A DNA stretch of 52,659 nucleotides, the filler included, from Trypethelium eluteriae (lineage: Eukaryota): the NCBI GenBank assembly GCA_051942245.1. It is 2 parts of 2 records of this genome, joined end to end, with 100 filler letters (N's around TTAATTAATTAA, not from the genome) between each part and the next. Parts side by side here need not be neighbours in the genome. Positions count along the whole stretch, not along the records: positions 1 to 26,290 come from JAVECL010000356.1; 1 more part is not named here. One strand, given 5' to 3'. Below are positions 1-13,062 of this stretch, piece by piece; the stretch's first letter is position 1, and every line of letters begins with the position of its first letter. The notes under the pieces were generated by a model, which made no database searches, was not told the origin of the DNA, and was given only the letters and a program-made list of their open reading frames with translations. The position numbers were made by a program, and so were the translations under genes.

Positions 1-2199
1 ATGTTGATGGTTTGGGCATCTTGCGTGCGGAGGAGACGAAGATGAGAGGGGAGGGTGAGGAAGCATTTTGGAGTTGGGGGCTGTTGTCATCTTTTTCACT
101 TGTGGCTGGGCTTGGTGGTGTTTGGTGACGTTGATGAAAGACGGAGATTAGGCAAGCTCGACCGCCGACACTTGGCCGCAAACAGGTTGAATTGGTGTCG
201 CACAGCAATCCAATCAACAAGTCGACTACATCCTCAAAACCTCTAGGCATTGCTTGAGTCTGAACTTCTATCGATTCTCTCCCAAAGACACTCCCAAGTC
301 TAAATATCCTCTTCCGAACTATCCTCCCAAAGCATCTGCATCTGTTCTTGTGACAATTGTGCAATGGCTTCTGCGGCCATTTATCACGCAAATCTGGACG
401 CAAGACAGTCCACTCGAGCGATTCTTGCCAATGATCCCACATGACGACCCGCCATGACCAGCCAATATAGATTGCGTCACCGCTCGTCTAGTAAGCTTTT
501 TCTTCATGGACATTCTTATACATAGCTTTGATCTGCCCTCAAATTCTCTCTTACAGGTCAGACGTGCAAGTGATTTGTCAATATCAAAGCCGTGGGGTCC
601 GTTCGAGTCTTCACTGGACAATTTGTAGTCGGAGAGGTTGGGGCGATTGATCTCCTCATGGCCGATGCTTTGCGGAAGACTACACATTTCATCAAGTCCC
701 TACAAGTTCTTCAAAGTCAGGGGGGGTCTTTTTTGCTGTGCGGTCGAACTCATTGTCATCAAGCGCCGAAGTTAACAGTACAACCGAACAAAACACGACG
801 GATCCGTACGTGTCAAATACGGCGGATGTCGTCGTCCTCTATGATCGGGTCCATGAAACTTTTTTGGATCGTCCGGGCCCACTCTGAAAGCTTTAGACTT
901 GCGAAAATAAGGGTGACGTTGGGCCGACCTTCAGCTCTGTGTACAACTTGTCTTTCAAATTGACCAATGGCTTTTTCCACGATGACAGAATTTCCCACGA
1001 GTTTCAGTGCGTCCTTCGAACGAATTGTGGGGGTCACCTCTTCGCGTTCAAGTTGCTCGGCAAGAGGTCTTCGCGCATAGCGCTCGCAGAGAATGCATTT
1101 TAGCGCCATCTCAGATTGCAGCTGTGTTCTGTTGTCATGCAGATTGAAGTCGGCTGTACGCTACGGCAAGGGCAAATACATCGGAGAAGGCATGAAGACA
1201 GCAAAGGACCTCTATAATGAGCTCGAGTGGTAGTGTCCCTAAGAGAACACAGGGCTTTTCCATCCCTTTATTTGCGATAGACTGGCAAGGCCAACATCTA
1301 ACGATTAGGTTTGATGAAAATACTTCGCTAAAGGAACATTCTTATCTCCACCGACAATGGAAGACGTTGTAAGTTAGCCCAAGCACCGAAGCCTAGTGCC
1401 CAACGTGCACAGTGCAGGCGGTCCAAGGGCTGCAGTTAATGCTCTACTGTCTCACGGTGCAGGCCGTAGGAAAGGATGGAACAAGTGGCCCGCAAGACTC
1501 TATCAGCGATATCGGAAATCATGGGCCAGTACTGTTCCAAATTGATCATCGATTTGCAAATCATCGGTGGCACGTAAAATCTGGCCACCCCTGCTCCGTA
1601 ACCCCAGTAGTCACTCAACTCTGAAGGTCACAGCACTCAGTTGATCACCAGCTTTTCGTGACAGTCAGACGGTGTACGCATTGCAGCCTTAATTGTCGTA
1701 GCATGCCTGACACATATCATAAATAAGGAGGGACTCTGAAAGCTTTCATGTTGGAGAGTTGTCGCTTCTACAAGCTGCATTTGATCGAAAGAACTGAGAC
1801 GTGTGTGGCACAAAGTGTTTTTCGAGCCTTCTGTCGGTCCAATTTAGGTTACAAAGTCATTATGTCCAGCATCAGTGTTCATTTGAAGGTTTCTTTTAGT
1901 GTTGTATCTTGCTGTTCTCTTCTTGCGCAATCTTCTACCTTATGATCATCTAAATTCAAAGACTTTTCTCCTCACCCGTCAGGAAGCAAGCTAATTTCTT
2001 GCTTATTATTTAAGTCAATCTTCCTTCCATCATCCTTGCCTTCAAGTTCGAGCGCAGGGCGCTCCAGCGATGTCCCGATATCATCTTCAGTATGAAGGAT
2101 CTTTAAACGGCGGATCATCAAAGATGCTAAAGAGAGGGTTACAAGGGTAGGATTCTAGGCAATCCTGTTGCGAAATCATATAGTCAATACTCCTACTGA

Positions 2200-3411
2200 T
2201 TGCCAAGGAGCCTCTTCGAAAGGAGAAACGCCGACCATCCGAGAATCCGGCAGAGGAACGGTTCGTCAGCTTGCGCGTTGTCAACCGGCATTGTTACCCG
2301 CCAAATATCACCCGCACCAACGACAGCTGGTCCTTCAACGCCATCATGTACACTTCAAAATGAAGATTCAGACCAAGACATCACTAATCGAGGCTGCATA
2401 TGCGGCTCCGTGACAATACCCTTGTTAACCATTCCTCCTGCTACCGACAAATCCCAGAGCTGCTCATACACGGCGATGCCATCATCGCAGAAATCCGATC
2501 CCATTACTTTATCAACGATGCACAACAAAAGCAATTGTCAGTCGTGTACATTCGTTGGTAGCATCGCAGATGAACCTTCGTGCACATCTGTGTCCGGACT
2601 CACTCCAACACCTGCAGCAACATCCAGTTCCAAACCTACCTATACTGTTTACCTCTCGAACAATACCATTTTCATTGGAGATGCACACAATAGCAATGGT
2701 GGATCAGATCTGCGCTCAAATGCCTACAAGCAGCTCCGTTCACTTTGTCTAGATTCTGCCAAAGCATGTGACTTGACCAGCAGGGCCAAAATCACTAAGA
2801 TATCCACAGTGGTCGAAAGCGCAGGAGATTGAGAGAATTTAACATTCACTGCACAGGGCAGTCATTATGACAATACTACTGTGAGAGATCAAACGCTAGC
2901 CACAATGGTCGCAGGCTGGCAGGTGGCTGCTTCGAAGACTTGCAACACCACAAACTATCGTACCTTCGTCGACAAAGCAATGCCATGCCCAAGTGGCGGT
3001 CACGTAAAGAGGGACCTATCCACAGTCAAGAACTCAGAGAAACGTGCGCCTCTTGTCGTTGACCCTTCGCCAGACCAAGTTCAAAAAGCCTGCGACTATA
3101 TAGCAACGCTTTGCTCTGGGCCTGATCATAGAAGTCCGCACTTGCAGACATACGCCGAATGACAGTCGTGCTAATTTTCGCTCTTAGGTACTGTCATGGC
3201 TGGTTTTCAAACTACGTAGAGTAATTACAGGGACATCGAGCTTGCTCAGAATTCAGAGCTAGATCCTTCGTAGAAGACCTTTGTTTGCGATCTTATCATT
3301 GGTGGTGTAAGTGAAGCGGCTATGGCGTTCGCCCCTGAACTTGCTCCACAGAAGATCATGGAGGATATTGATCTTGAGCCGATCTGCGGAGAGTGGGCTA
3401 ACGGCAGCTAA
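2200..3411 (+). pseudogene. Relic of a Cys/Thr/Ser-rich secreted-protein C-terminal region (type often fused to fungal glycoside hydrolases)
   Basis: ORFs 2200-2832 and 2881-3162 are in the same frame and separated by an in-frame TGA at 2830-2832. The protein-like sequence (SCTLQNED..GCICGS..LLTIP..SCSYT; ...FVCDLIIGGVSEAAMAFAPEL..LEPICG*) continues past more stops to ~3411. No ATG or signal peptide found. Confidence 0.5.
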
Positions 3412-4915
3412 AATTAACGTTTACTTGCGATCCTCCGAATGATTGTGGTACAAGTCTGACCGGACAGGATCTCACATAACCGTTTCGACTCATAAATTTC
3501 CAGGCACTTTGAGTACTTGTTGCGCAAGGTGTGCAGAAGCCAAGCTAGAGTTGTATTGCAGTCTTTGGCAATCTATACTGGCTCATAATACTGTGACGGG
3601 TATTTGGATTTCCTAATACAGTCATTGCTTAATCTATTGTGATCTCCTGAATTGTATATGTAGATGATAATTTCCTACTACTCTAATAGTTTTGTGTATA
3701 CTAGCTAAAGGTCTACATAAGTGAATTCTCCTGCACTCTTGAATATAGCAATTGAGTCCTGATAATTTCATCAAGTTGTCATAACTCACAAATAACATCA
3801 CGAGCCAAGGCTGAAGCCGACGCAAACATTGCGAACTAAGATGCAACGCAACGCTGACTAAAAAGATGTTGTAATAGGAGAGAGCGAGCGGAGTCCGATG
3901 GTACGCACTGAACTGAGATCGACAGGACTTCAAAATGGGCGAAAAGAAAAAGATGAACAACAGACGGGGGACTGTCCACAGAGTATGACATTTCTATCCT
4001 TGATCCGTGAAGTAAGAGGCCTGCCGACGAATCTTTGGCCATATCCACTGGGTTCATGCCGCCATAATCCTTCGCTGTTTGCCGGACCTTACAGGAGGTG
4101 TATGCTAACCACAAGAATCATCTGACTCAACCCAATCCACACAGCTGAAAAGACCAGAATTTAGTGCCAATCCAAAGTGTTGAATATGCCTTTATGAATT
4201 TATCTATTAGCGATGCATGAAAGCTTGATGGGACGCGGTGGTGGGTGCCATTCAACGGAATATCCTTTGGGGGTCCTGCGCGCAATCAAATCCGGATAAT
4301 CTGCGACTTCTGGCCATTGTCATCAAACCGGATGGCAATGCATGTTTTGTAAAGGGCCGTGACAAAATTTTGTCTTCTGAGCCACCAATCGTCCAAATAG
4401 GATTTCAAGGGAGGAAATCACGCTCTCCACAACGCTGTTCTCTGAAAGAATGAACTGTGCAGCTCATCTTGCAGTTTGATTCTACCTCTTTATCTCTTTT
4501 TTTTTTTAGCAATCCGTTTGATGAGTTTCTTTGAAGAATCTTGAGAGTAAGTATCCCCGCATTGTAGCGATCTAATCGAAAGCCATACAATCAGGGTGCG
4601 CTATCGTGTAGTCAAACCTAATGACGAATCTAGCAGTAAGCTCAAAGCTTTCTGGATATCGACGAGCGCAATCGCTACCATAATAATGACCAGAGATTAT
4701 GCATCCTCTCTCATGTTTTCCACGGGTGCTCACAGCACAAGCAACATTGCGCTTGCAGTCTCAATGCCGATTTCTCCTGTTGTCACATCAAGAATCTGAC
4801 GGAAAGTAAGCTCTATGTAGAGTCTTTAATACGTCTCTCCTTAGGTCCACGATAGGCAGTCTCTTCAGTTGGAATAGCCAGGAAAGATTGCCTTCAGAAA
4901 GTTTTGTTTTAACCC

Positions 4916-5869
4916 GTGACTTCCACCCCTGAACTACAACAGTATTACGCTTCCTGGGAGTCACGAATCGGCTACCGCTTTCTCCTTGGCGGGACTAGGC
5001 ATTTTGGATATTATGCAAAGTCATCTTCCAGGCCCTGGCCAGTGGGCTCCGCTCTCGTGAAAATGGAAGGTCAGTTATTCGAAGCACTACAGTGCCCAAG
5101 GGGCTCTCGGGTCCTTGATGCCGGTTGTGGTGTCGGTCATGTCGCAATGTACATGGCAAAACGCGGTCAATACAAGGTTGATTGTATAGATGTGGTGCCG
5201 CGCCATGTAGATTGGGCAAAGAAGAACGTGAGGGACGCTAAGATGGAAGATGTGATCCGCGTTGAGAAGGGCGACTATCATCGTCTTGAAGGATATAAAG
5301 ACGGATCATTCGACGGAATCTATACTATGGAAACATTAGTCCACTCGACAGATCCAACGAATGCACTCAAAGGTTTCTATCGTATCTTGAAGCCTGGTGG
5401 AAGAATAGCACTCCACGAATACCATTTTCATAGCATGAATACGGCACCAACAGATATGAAAGAATCTGCAGAAAAGATAATCAGACATGCTGCCATGCCG
5501 GCATTAGCAAGATTCACCATGGCTGATGTCTTAAGACGTCACTTACAGAAAGTCGGGTTTCAAGACGTTTGCATTCGGGACATATCTTCCCATATTATGC
5601 CCATGCTTCGACTTTTCTACTACCTCGCCAGAATCCCGTATCTGATCTTCAAACGCCGCGGAATGGAGCACCACTTCATCAATACTTTTGTAGCGGTTAA
5701 GTGTTGGCAAGGACGAGAGTTTTGGAGTTATGTTCAAGTTACTGGCCGAAAAGCAACGGAATCTGACTTCGATCAGGGGAGAACATCGTCTGCGTTGGTA
5801 ATGGTCACAGGGCGAGACAAAGATAGTGCTGAGGAATCTAAGCACAGAGTCGTGAAGCGACGGAGGTAA
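4916..5869 (+). CDS. Class I SAM-dependent methyltransferase, sterol 24-C-methyltransferase (ERG6/SMT)-like; 5' end unresolved
   Basis: Motifs YY.SWESRIGY..LLGGTRHFGYY, VLDAGCGVG (SAM motif I), FDGIYTMETLVH and ILKPGG. The ORF opens at GTG just after an in-frame TAA, so the true start is in an unidentified upstream exon or has been lost. Confidence 0.8.
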   Translation: MTSTPELQQYYASWESRIGYRFLLGGTRHFGYYAKSSSRPWPVGSALVKMEGQLFEALQCPRGSRVLDAGCGVGHVAMYMAKRGQYKVDCIDVVPRHVDWAKKNVRDAKMEDVIRVEKGDYHRLEGYKDGSFDGIYTMETLVHSTDPTNALKGFYRILKPGGRIALHEYHFHSMNTAPTDMKESAEKIIRHAAMPALARFTMADVLRRHLQKVGFQDVCIRDISSHIMPMLRLFYYLARIPYLIFKRRGMEHHFINTFVAVKCWQGREFWSYVQVTGRKATESDFDQGRTSSALVMVTGRDKDSAEESKHRVVKRRR

Positions 5870-7187
5870 TTGCCCCGTGGATGGTCACGTGTCCCTACCC
5901 CTTCTTCCTACCTACCTCTTCTCTTCAACATGCGCGGTGTAAGATAAGATATGAGAAAGGTTTACTGTAGAGTATAGGTACTGGAGCCAGCTTAGCTTGT
6001 GGGTCCTCAACTTAGCATCATCGTTTTTGGCCCAGACTTAACCTCTATTTGTGCTCTCAGGATGCTAGTCTTGCTAGAATCGCTCGTACCTCCAATCCAT
6101 CGAGAGGTCGAACCGGTGTCGTGCCGACAGTCTTGCACAAAAGCAAGATTTCCGCCTTACCTAATAAGGTCGCCGCAAGGATCCTGACGTTGACGCCGCG
6201 TCAATAGGTGTTGTCGCCACTTTGGACATCTGAGCCTGGAAGTCGAAGCAGGTACTCTACTCGAGAAGGCTGCAGCGCCCAGAGAACGAATCGCCCCACT
6301 TCGGGGCTGAGGGGACTTCAAGTCAGGCAGCATTTTACAGACAATTCGAGCGACCCGTAAAGATGTAGTGATGTAGGTTATCATCGAAGGACCGCACCCT
6401 AGAACAGGCAAGCATACCTCAGCAGTATCATATAGCCATTTGTGAGGATGACAAGATGAGTCTGGCCGGTGTTTGCTGATTTCTTCGAGTAGCACCAACA
6501 TCCAAGGAGATAGGATAGAGTACGCGTGCAGTCCCTGTGCTCGCCTGCAGCCAGATCGACGGTGCTGCGTTTTCTGATTGGGAATCCTGGTCCTTGTACA
6601 CTAGTCCTCGGGTTCTCGCTTAGCTCGTGAATCCTTCAGCGCCAATCCTCGATTCCCTCTAGGATGCTCCCTAATAAATGGTGCTACTCTAGTGCAGGTA
6701 AGGCTATTCGATATGCATTTAACACGCTCGCATACATGATATATAGTCCATCACGCGATTTCTCAACCTCATTTTGTGTGCTTGCATACATTGTACTACT
6801 GCTGTGTTTCGGAAATATTGCCATTCGCCTGTTCAGGTTTAGTCGGTAGTATTGCTTTTTCCTGCCACCAAAGCTGCAAGGCAATCACCTAGCCAATCAA
6901 AACTATTCGCAGCCATAAACGCTGGACTCCGAGCAGTTCAAATCCCGAGAAATCGGACGGGATCTGTACGAATCCGATGAGGTTGAAACGCTGTGCTACA
7001 CCCAAGGAGGCGTATCGCCAATGCTGCCTGCAAAAAGCAATCAACTTCACTGCCTTGTGCGGTTCCACAACCGTCTTCGTTATGGCAGTCGTCAGAAGTA
7101 TATCAAGGCGCCTTGTCGTGTGCTTCTCATTCTCCAGAATCAAACAAATACCGTGATCATACGACAGGCTTGGAGTGTGGGCACATA

Positions 7188-8752
7188 ATGAACAAAAGCG
7201 ATATCGTGGTCACCTCGGGATGGCAGGCTCAGCCAGATGGGCGTGGAACTTGGGATATCCTCAAGTCCTGCGGAGGGACGGTGCTGCTACTGTGCTGGTC
7301 CTCGGTCTGCCCTAATGTTCTGGCTGCGGAAGACTCGAAGTTCCGGAAGCTGCGCTCCAAATTGTCGATTTTTTTGCTTGCAATCTTATGCCCGGACTTG
7401 ATCTTTGTGAGTGCTTTGGGACAATTGAATGCCGCAAGAACAGCAAGAAGGGTATCTCATGCTCTCATGAATTCATATCCTTTCTGACACCCCTTTAGGA
7501 GTTCCACGAAGCTGGCTATGAATCCTGGAGCTTGCGCAAGTGTTTCTTCGTTAACATGGGAGGATTCTATCTTCGAGCGCCAGATTGGAAGGTAGATGGT
7601 AGAGACTCATTCGCCATCAATGCGAAGCAATTACTGTTTCTCATCAAGGCCGGGTATCTCGAGTTGCCTTCGATATACGAAGAAGAGATAAATGATCGGA
7701 ATAAGGCTGATAGCCTGACACGGCGAGTTCACCCAGACGAAAGCAGTGTTACAATTCTAACTGACTGATTACCAGGGGTATCACTATTACCCAAGTCCTC
7801 TGGTTCACCTTTACCACCATCGGCCGTGCTGTCCAAGGCCTGGCGATGACAACCCTCGAGCTAACTACACTGGGCCTTATTTTCATGATGACCGTAGCAT
7901 CCCTATGCTGGTGGCACAAGCCAATGGATGTATCAGCTCCAATCGTGCTTGATTTGAAGGTTGACTTGAGAACCGTGCTTGCAGAAGTGAGACAGCATAC
8001 AACAGAGGACTCGGGACGTCTCAGTTTAAAGACATTGGCTAATCCTCGTCTAGGGCAACGCTCCTTCCGATGCTTCCGAAATGGCATATATGGGAACTCC
8101 ACTGAGTTTCATAGGACGACATGAATGGTTCTACAGCCGGCTGTGGTTCTACTACACTCAAATGCTGCGTGAGTTGGGCCTGGCTCCGAAGCCGTGTTCG
8201 CCTTATCAGTTTGATCATTTCTCCAGTATCGATTTTCATGATCCCGACGTCAAGGCTGGATCCTTTGCCATTCCGCTGGTCATAATCTACGGTTCCATTT
8301 TCATGGCGGCTTGGAAATTCCACTTTCCGACGGAGATCGAACAGACGCTTTGGCGTATCTCTGCTATTGCTTCGTCATCCTTGACGGCGGTTTCCGCATT
8401 CGAAACATTACAGAATCACAGTCCCGAGCTGGTAGCTTCTTGGTTTTCGTGTCTGCTCAGGTGTAGAAACCCCTCAAGCAATCGTTCATCAACAACAGAA
8501 CGACCGCCATCCAAGTTCATTGTGATGTATCACCGGCTCAATGAGTCTTTAGACTGGCTACGCAACATTTCGCCAAATAGGGATCCAGCGCTGCATCTTC
8601 GACTCCGTAATTTTATTCCCACGTCGATCATGATATTTGCGTATTGCTTGTCTCGAGGTTACATACTGGCGGAAGATCTGGCCTCACTCAGAACCCTTCC
8701 TGAAAGTGTTTTCGCAACCCTGAACTGGGGACGGTACTCGCCCATTTTCTAA
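7188..8752 (+). CDS. Conserved fungal multi-pass membrane protein of unknown function (4 exons: 7188-7451, 7499-7722, 7776-7986, 8054-8752)
   Basis: Family-like motifs GWQAQPDGRGTWDIL.SC, FF.NMGGF, EINDRNKAD.L...IT..Q.LWF, T.LELTT, W.HKP.DV and AAW.F.FPT.IE..LWR. Splicing gives a continuous frame; intron 2 is GC-AG. Confidence 0.85.
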
Positions 8753-9252
8753 AAAGCATACAGAATATGTGACCAAGCGGTGTGAAGGCGTCTGATTGTC
8801 TCGATCAGCTTTTGTCTATAAGGGTCATTTGGTTACTCTCTGGAAGAGGCGGATGGTATGGGCTTTATTGTGATGCATTTAGTTAATAGATATAGATACA
8901 TGGTCTCTGATGATAATGGATACGACACCACCAACACCGGAGAGAAACACTGCTGACATCGAGTGCGAATGTGGCTGTACCCAATCGAGCTAAGAAATTG
9001 CCCGATTGAAGGATGTTATGCCTTCAGAGTTTTCGAGAGACGAACGCAGGTATTCGTCAGTATCATTATCGGCTTAGTTGTTGCGCAATCACAGTATAAG
9101 CTCACGAGCTCTTTCGCATATCGCCTTTGATAAGCATAAGGTACCGAAGGATCCACCAAAGTAAAGTACATAATGCGCAGGGAGACCAGCGCACCACAGC
9201 CGATGACAAGCCAGTAAACCGGATCCATCGCCTCACTACATGTCGGATCCCC

Positions 9253-10041
9253 TCACAATATTTCGCTTGAAGCGTGCTCCATTCCGACGTCCGCTACGAA
9301 GCGCTGAGCTTCCGTGTTCGAAATCATGGAGGCCCTAGCCGGATGTTCATTGTGCGAAAGACTCGACTCCCCAAGCACATCAGTGCGGACAACAACACAG
9401 GCGTCTTCCAAAAGAGGAAGGGCACCAGAAGGCGAAATAGAGTACGGCGGGGTGTTTCTGGTGCTTCCTTCTGGATATTCATCGTTACGTACAGCAAGTG
9501 GTGTTGGTTCCAAGCTTTGAACTCGTCGTCGCTTTGCGTGATTTCCGGAAATGGCCTGCTCCGTGTTCGTCTCCAAAAGTGGGCGTTTGAGGCGCTTCAT
9601 GACGATGCCTTCGAGTCTTTTGGCAGCACCACGAATCCTAAATGTAGGCTCGTTTTGAGAAGATTCGAACGGGTGGTATGCAGGATTGGGGAAAGGTAGA
9701 CGCCAACTTGAGCCGATACCACTTGATATTGGGTTGCAGCCTGTTGCGAGGTGATTGAATAGCTTCCCCCCAGAGCGGAATGCATGTCCACACCCACGAC
9801 AGATGCGGGGAACACCATTCGAAGAAATTCCATACATGTTAGCGTTGGTGAATGAACGCCTTGACGACGATGGCTGGATCCAGTGAGTGCTGTTCAGGTA
9901 TTCCCACCGACGAACATACCCAGACCTCCTCTCAGGCCCGTCTCTCTCGCTCTGCGGAGGTTCTCTTCCCATTCTAACATCAAAACCACCGCCAGGTCGG
10001 AAGGAATCATCATATACCGGCCGGTAGGAATCCAACAGCAT
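9253..10041 (-). CDS. Hypothetical protein with a single C2H2-like finger; may have upstream exons to ~10350
   Basis: 262-aa ORF containing CRGCGHAFRSGGKLFNHL; the rest is low-complexity/disordered. Confidence 0.45.
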   Translation of the reverse strand: MLLDSYRPVYDDSFRPGGGFDVRMGREPPQSERDGPERRSGYVRRWEYLNSTHWIQPSSSRRSFTNANMYGISSNGVPRICRGCGHAFRSGGKLFNHLATGCNPISSGIGSSWRLPFPNPAYHPFESSQNEPTFRIRGAAKRLEGIVMKRLKRPLLETNTEQAISGNHAKRRRVQSLEPTPLAVRNDEYPEGSTRNTPPYSISPSGALPLLEDACVVVRTDVLGESSLSHNEHPARASMISNTEAQRFVADVGMEHASSEIL

Positions 10042-10668
10042 GATGGTACTCTTGATCTCGTATGACGCGTGCTTCAGCGGCCTCGCTCTTCACGCCAATT
10101 TCTGTATGCAATTTCAGGCACAGCTTTTCTTGAAAGGCTATCTTTTGAGATCCGATACGCAGTTTCGTTCCACAGTCGCAGAATACTAGAACCCTTTTAT
10201 AATTTTCAAGCAATTCGTGGGAGTCACTCAATGCTCTCAGCTCCGTGATGTTCTGTCCGTTCTCATATTAGCGAGCCATCACCTGAAACGCAGAAGCTTC
10301 CTTGTCTAATTTCACCTGCAATCAATTGAGATAGTTGTTGAACACTGTAGTCGAAGCTGATGATAGGAAGGCAACCCAAACTTGGCTGGAGGATGGCAAG
10401 GGAGTGAATACTAGGAAAGTCCACTTCTAGTTACTAGCTGCGGACCGATCCGAGCCGAGTCAAATAGAGCAGGTGCAGGAAAAGGGAGCAAGTGCAGGAA
10501 GGAGTGAAGAGTGTGCTCCGTCTGATCTCATCGATCGGGCAAGCGCGCTCCTGGTTGGACACTCCGCGGCTGGTGCACACTTCCAAATGAAGCACTGGTC
10601 TGTTGAGGAAGAAGGATCCCTATATGGAGTGTATATTGAAAATTGCCTCAAGTGACATGAGACGTCAT

Positions 10669-12186
10669 TCACCGCTCCAACAAGTAATCTTGGCTGGCTA
10701 TGGTTTTCCACACCCCGTAAAGCCCACTCACTGGCCAGAGCCGCCAAACAAAATCGGGTATCCGGTGGCTTCTATTTTCGACCCACGACCGTTTCATGGT
10801 GCTGTGATTTGGCTTCACCTTATCATATATGGTAGGCAGCAATGATGCGTGGTATTTACTTCGAAGAGACTCGTAAGAATTCCGATCGTAGATTTCCCAG
10901 AACTCTTCTTCGGTGTAATACGTCTTGGCGTACAGACATTTCAGTCCATTCAGCTCAAGAATCTTTCGCTCGAACTTGCGGTTGACTTCAGCAAACCTCT
11001 GCCCGTCTGTAGGACCTGGTCCCCATACCCCTATATTGAGCATATTCTTATCAGTCATCTGGGAACAGGCACGTGGTCGCAGCACTGAGTCCGGGCTCAA
11101 CTTGACTGGACAGAGCCAAAGAGGGTACAGGCCAAAATTTGCGTCGACATAATTGACAAACTCTTCCGCTCTTTTGTAAGGCATGCCAATGTCTTGGACG
11201 ATGTACCGGTCTGCGTGGCCGCTCTGATGTAACGCATGGTACATCACCCGAGTGTGCATGAAAGTGTTCAGAAACCAGCGCATGAGGAATATGAAAGGCA
11301 CCATGAAGTACAGAAAAGCGTACTTGCCCGTCCAGAATGCGCCTCGATCATACCGAAATAGGTAATCTGTTACAGGGATAATATCAACAGAGGGTTTCGA
11401 GGACTTCGACATCATTCTCTGGGCGTGTAAGTAGAACCAAGGATCTGCCGCTCGAGTAAAGCGTTGTGGCTTAGTACCCAAAGGGGGAGTACGATCTACA
11501 AGACGACCGGTCATGACAACTCCAGACTTCTTGGTGAAAAGAATACCGTCGATGAAATCGTTTGAAGGATTGTCAACCTCCGCTCGAATTCTCTTCACTG
11601 CCTCTGTGGCTGAGAAGACGGGATGGTAAGATAATTGGACATATGGCTTTGCATCGATCAGCTGGACTTCCAGTAAAGTTGTCACTCCCAAGGTACCAAA
11701 CGAGCTCCGAGCCCCTCTCCATAGATCCTCTCGCTCAGATGCTGAAGCTGTGACAACATCGCCGTTGGCAAGGACGATCTCAACCCACAGTACTGTCCGC
11801 TCGAACAACCCGTACTTAAAGGAGCTACTTTCGCCTGAGGTACCGGCATAGCCGCCACCGACCGTAATTCCGGGAAACTCCATTACGACAGGTGGGACAA
11901 GGCCATGCCTCAGGGAAGTATCCACTAAGTCATCCATTGGGACATTGGGCTCCACAAGAATGGTCTTTCGCTCCGCATCGACATCCAAAACATTCCGCAA
12001 GCCACTCGTGTCAACAATCTGGTCCCGTCGGAAATCAGCCGTTCGCGTGCTATTCGTAGAGCCATGGTAGATACGAAAGTCCTTGCCACGTTCATGAAAC
12101 CCCCGAACGGCTGCAGCTATAGCATTGACTCTCGCATCATGGGAATTTTTTAATTCTGTGGATGAGGTCGCCAAACTATCGGACAT
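10669..12186 (-). CDS. Delta(24)-sterol reductase (DHCR24/DWF1)-like FAD-binding oxidoreductase
   Basis: Intronless 505-aa ORF with VEPNVPMD, PPVVMEFPGITVGGGYAGTSGESSSFKYG, SFGTLG, YLFRYDRGAFW, PLWLCP, LYAKTYY.EEEFW and YDKV. Confidence 0.9.
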   Translation of the reverse strand: MSDSLATSSTELKNSHDARVNAIAAAVRGFHERGKDFRIYHGSTNSTRTADFRRDQIVDTSGLRNVLDVDAERKTILVEPNVPMDDLVDTSLRHGLVPPVVMEFPGITVGGGYAGTSGESSSFKYGLFERTVLWVEIVLANGDVVTASASEREDLWRGARSSFGTLGVTTLLEVQLIDAKPYVQLSYHPVFSATEAVKRIRAEVDNPSNDFIDGILFTKKSGVVMTGRLVDRTPPLGTKPQRFTRAADPWFYLHAQRMMSKSSKPSVDIIPVTDYLFRYDRGAFWTGKYAFLYFMVPFIFLMRWFLNTFMHTRVMYHALHQSGHADRYIVQDIGMPYKRAEEFVNYVDANFGLYPLWLCPVKLSPDSVLRPRACSQMTDKNMLNIGVWGPGPTDGQRFAEVNRKFERKILELNGLKCLYAKTYYTEEEFWEIYDRNSYESLRSKYHASLLPTIYDKVKPNHSTMKRSWVENRSHRIPDFVWRLWPVSGLYGVWKTIASQDYLLER

Positions 12187-13062
12187 GGTACTCTAGCGTG
12201 CGCCGTCGTGCGGACGAGGTGCTTTAAACCGGAGGAACGCGAGTGCGCGGATGCGAGACGATAACGAAATGGAACAAAAATGATCTAAAATCGTGACGGA
12301 ACGAGCGGACTAGGAGAAGTGGAGTGATCATGTATGTAGTTACTCGTCTGGGGGACTCCTGAAATTCATACTTGAATCCTTCTCGGGCGAGCGTGCCGCC
12401 TTCTTCCGGTCAACGCTTACGAAGAGGGAGATGCCTGGAATTTTTGCTGAGGCCTTTCTGGCTTACACGGTTTTCCGTTCATTCAACATCATAAACCGAG
12501 TATATGTCTCCTCATACAGAAAAAGACGGTTATCATGCCTAACATTCTTCAAGGGAGGGCCCCCATCTTTTTCCATCAGCCATAGAGCATATGGCACGGT
12601 TCATGTCACCGATTAGACTCTCCAATTTCCCTTGAGACTGCGAGAACACAAATCATCGGAGTGCACAGCGATGGCTCCCCTTAGCGTACATGCCGTTGGT
12701 ATGGAAAAGGGCTATCAATGCTATCCAAGACCGAATCTACTTGAAGCAGTGAAATCAGAGCGCGGTGACCAACACCGGCGTCTGAGCAACACTGTAATCA
12801 TTCTGGCAATGACCCGATTGTGGTGACGGAGCTAGATATGCCTAGAGAGATATCATGTCGCGGGCTCATATGCGAGTTGGCAGTGATCAATTCTAAAGGG
12901 TCTCTCGATTGGGGTTTCTTCCAGAGTTTTTCATTACCGTTCTATTTCCTGACCGACATACTCCCAAGCCTAGCCCAGCCCAAATTAAATATTTACACGA
13001 GTCTAACACCCACGCTCCCATGTCGAATTAAAACATCGAACACCTTGCCAACGTGATGGCTC

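Noticed and set aside
5999..7143. Short ORFs between the methyltransferase and the membrane protein gene
   Set aside because: No recognisable domain or consistent exon chain could be built.
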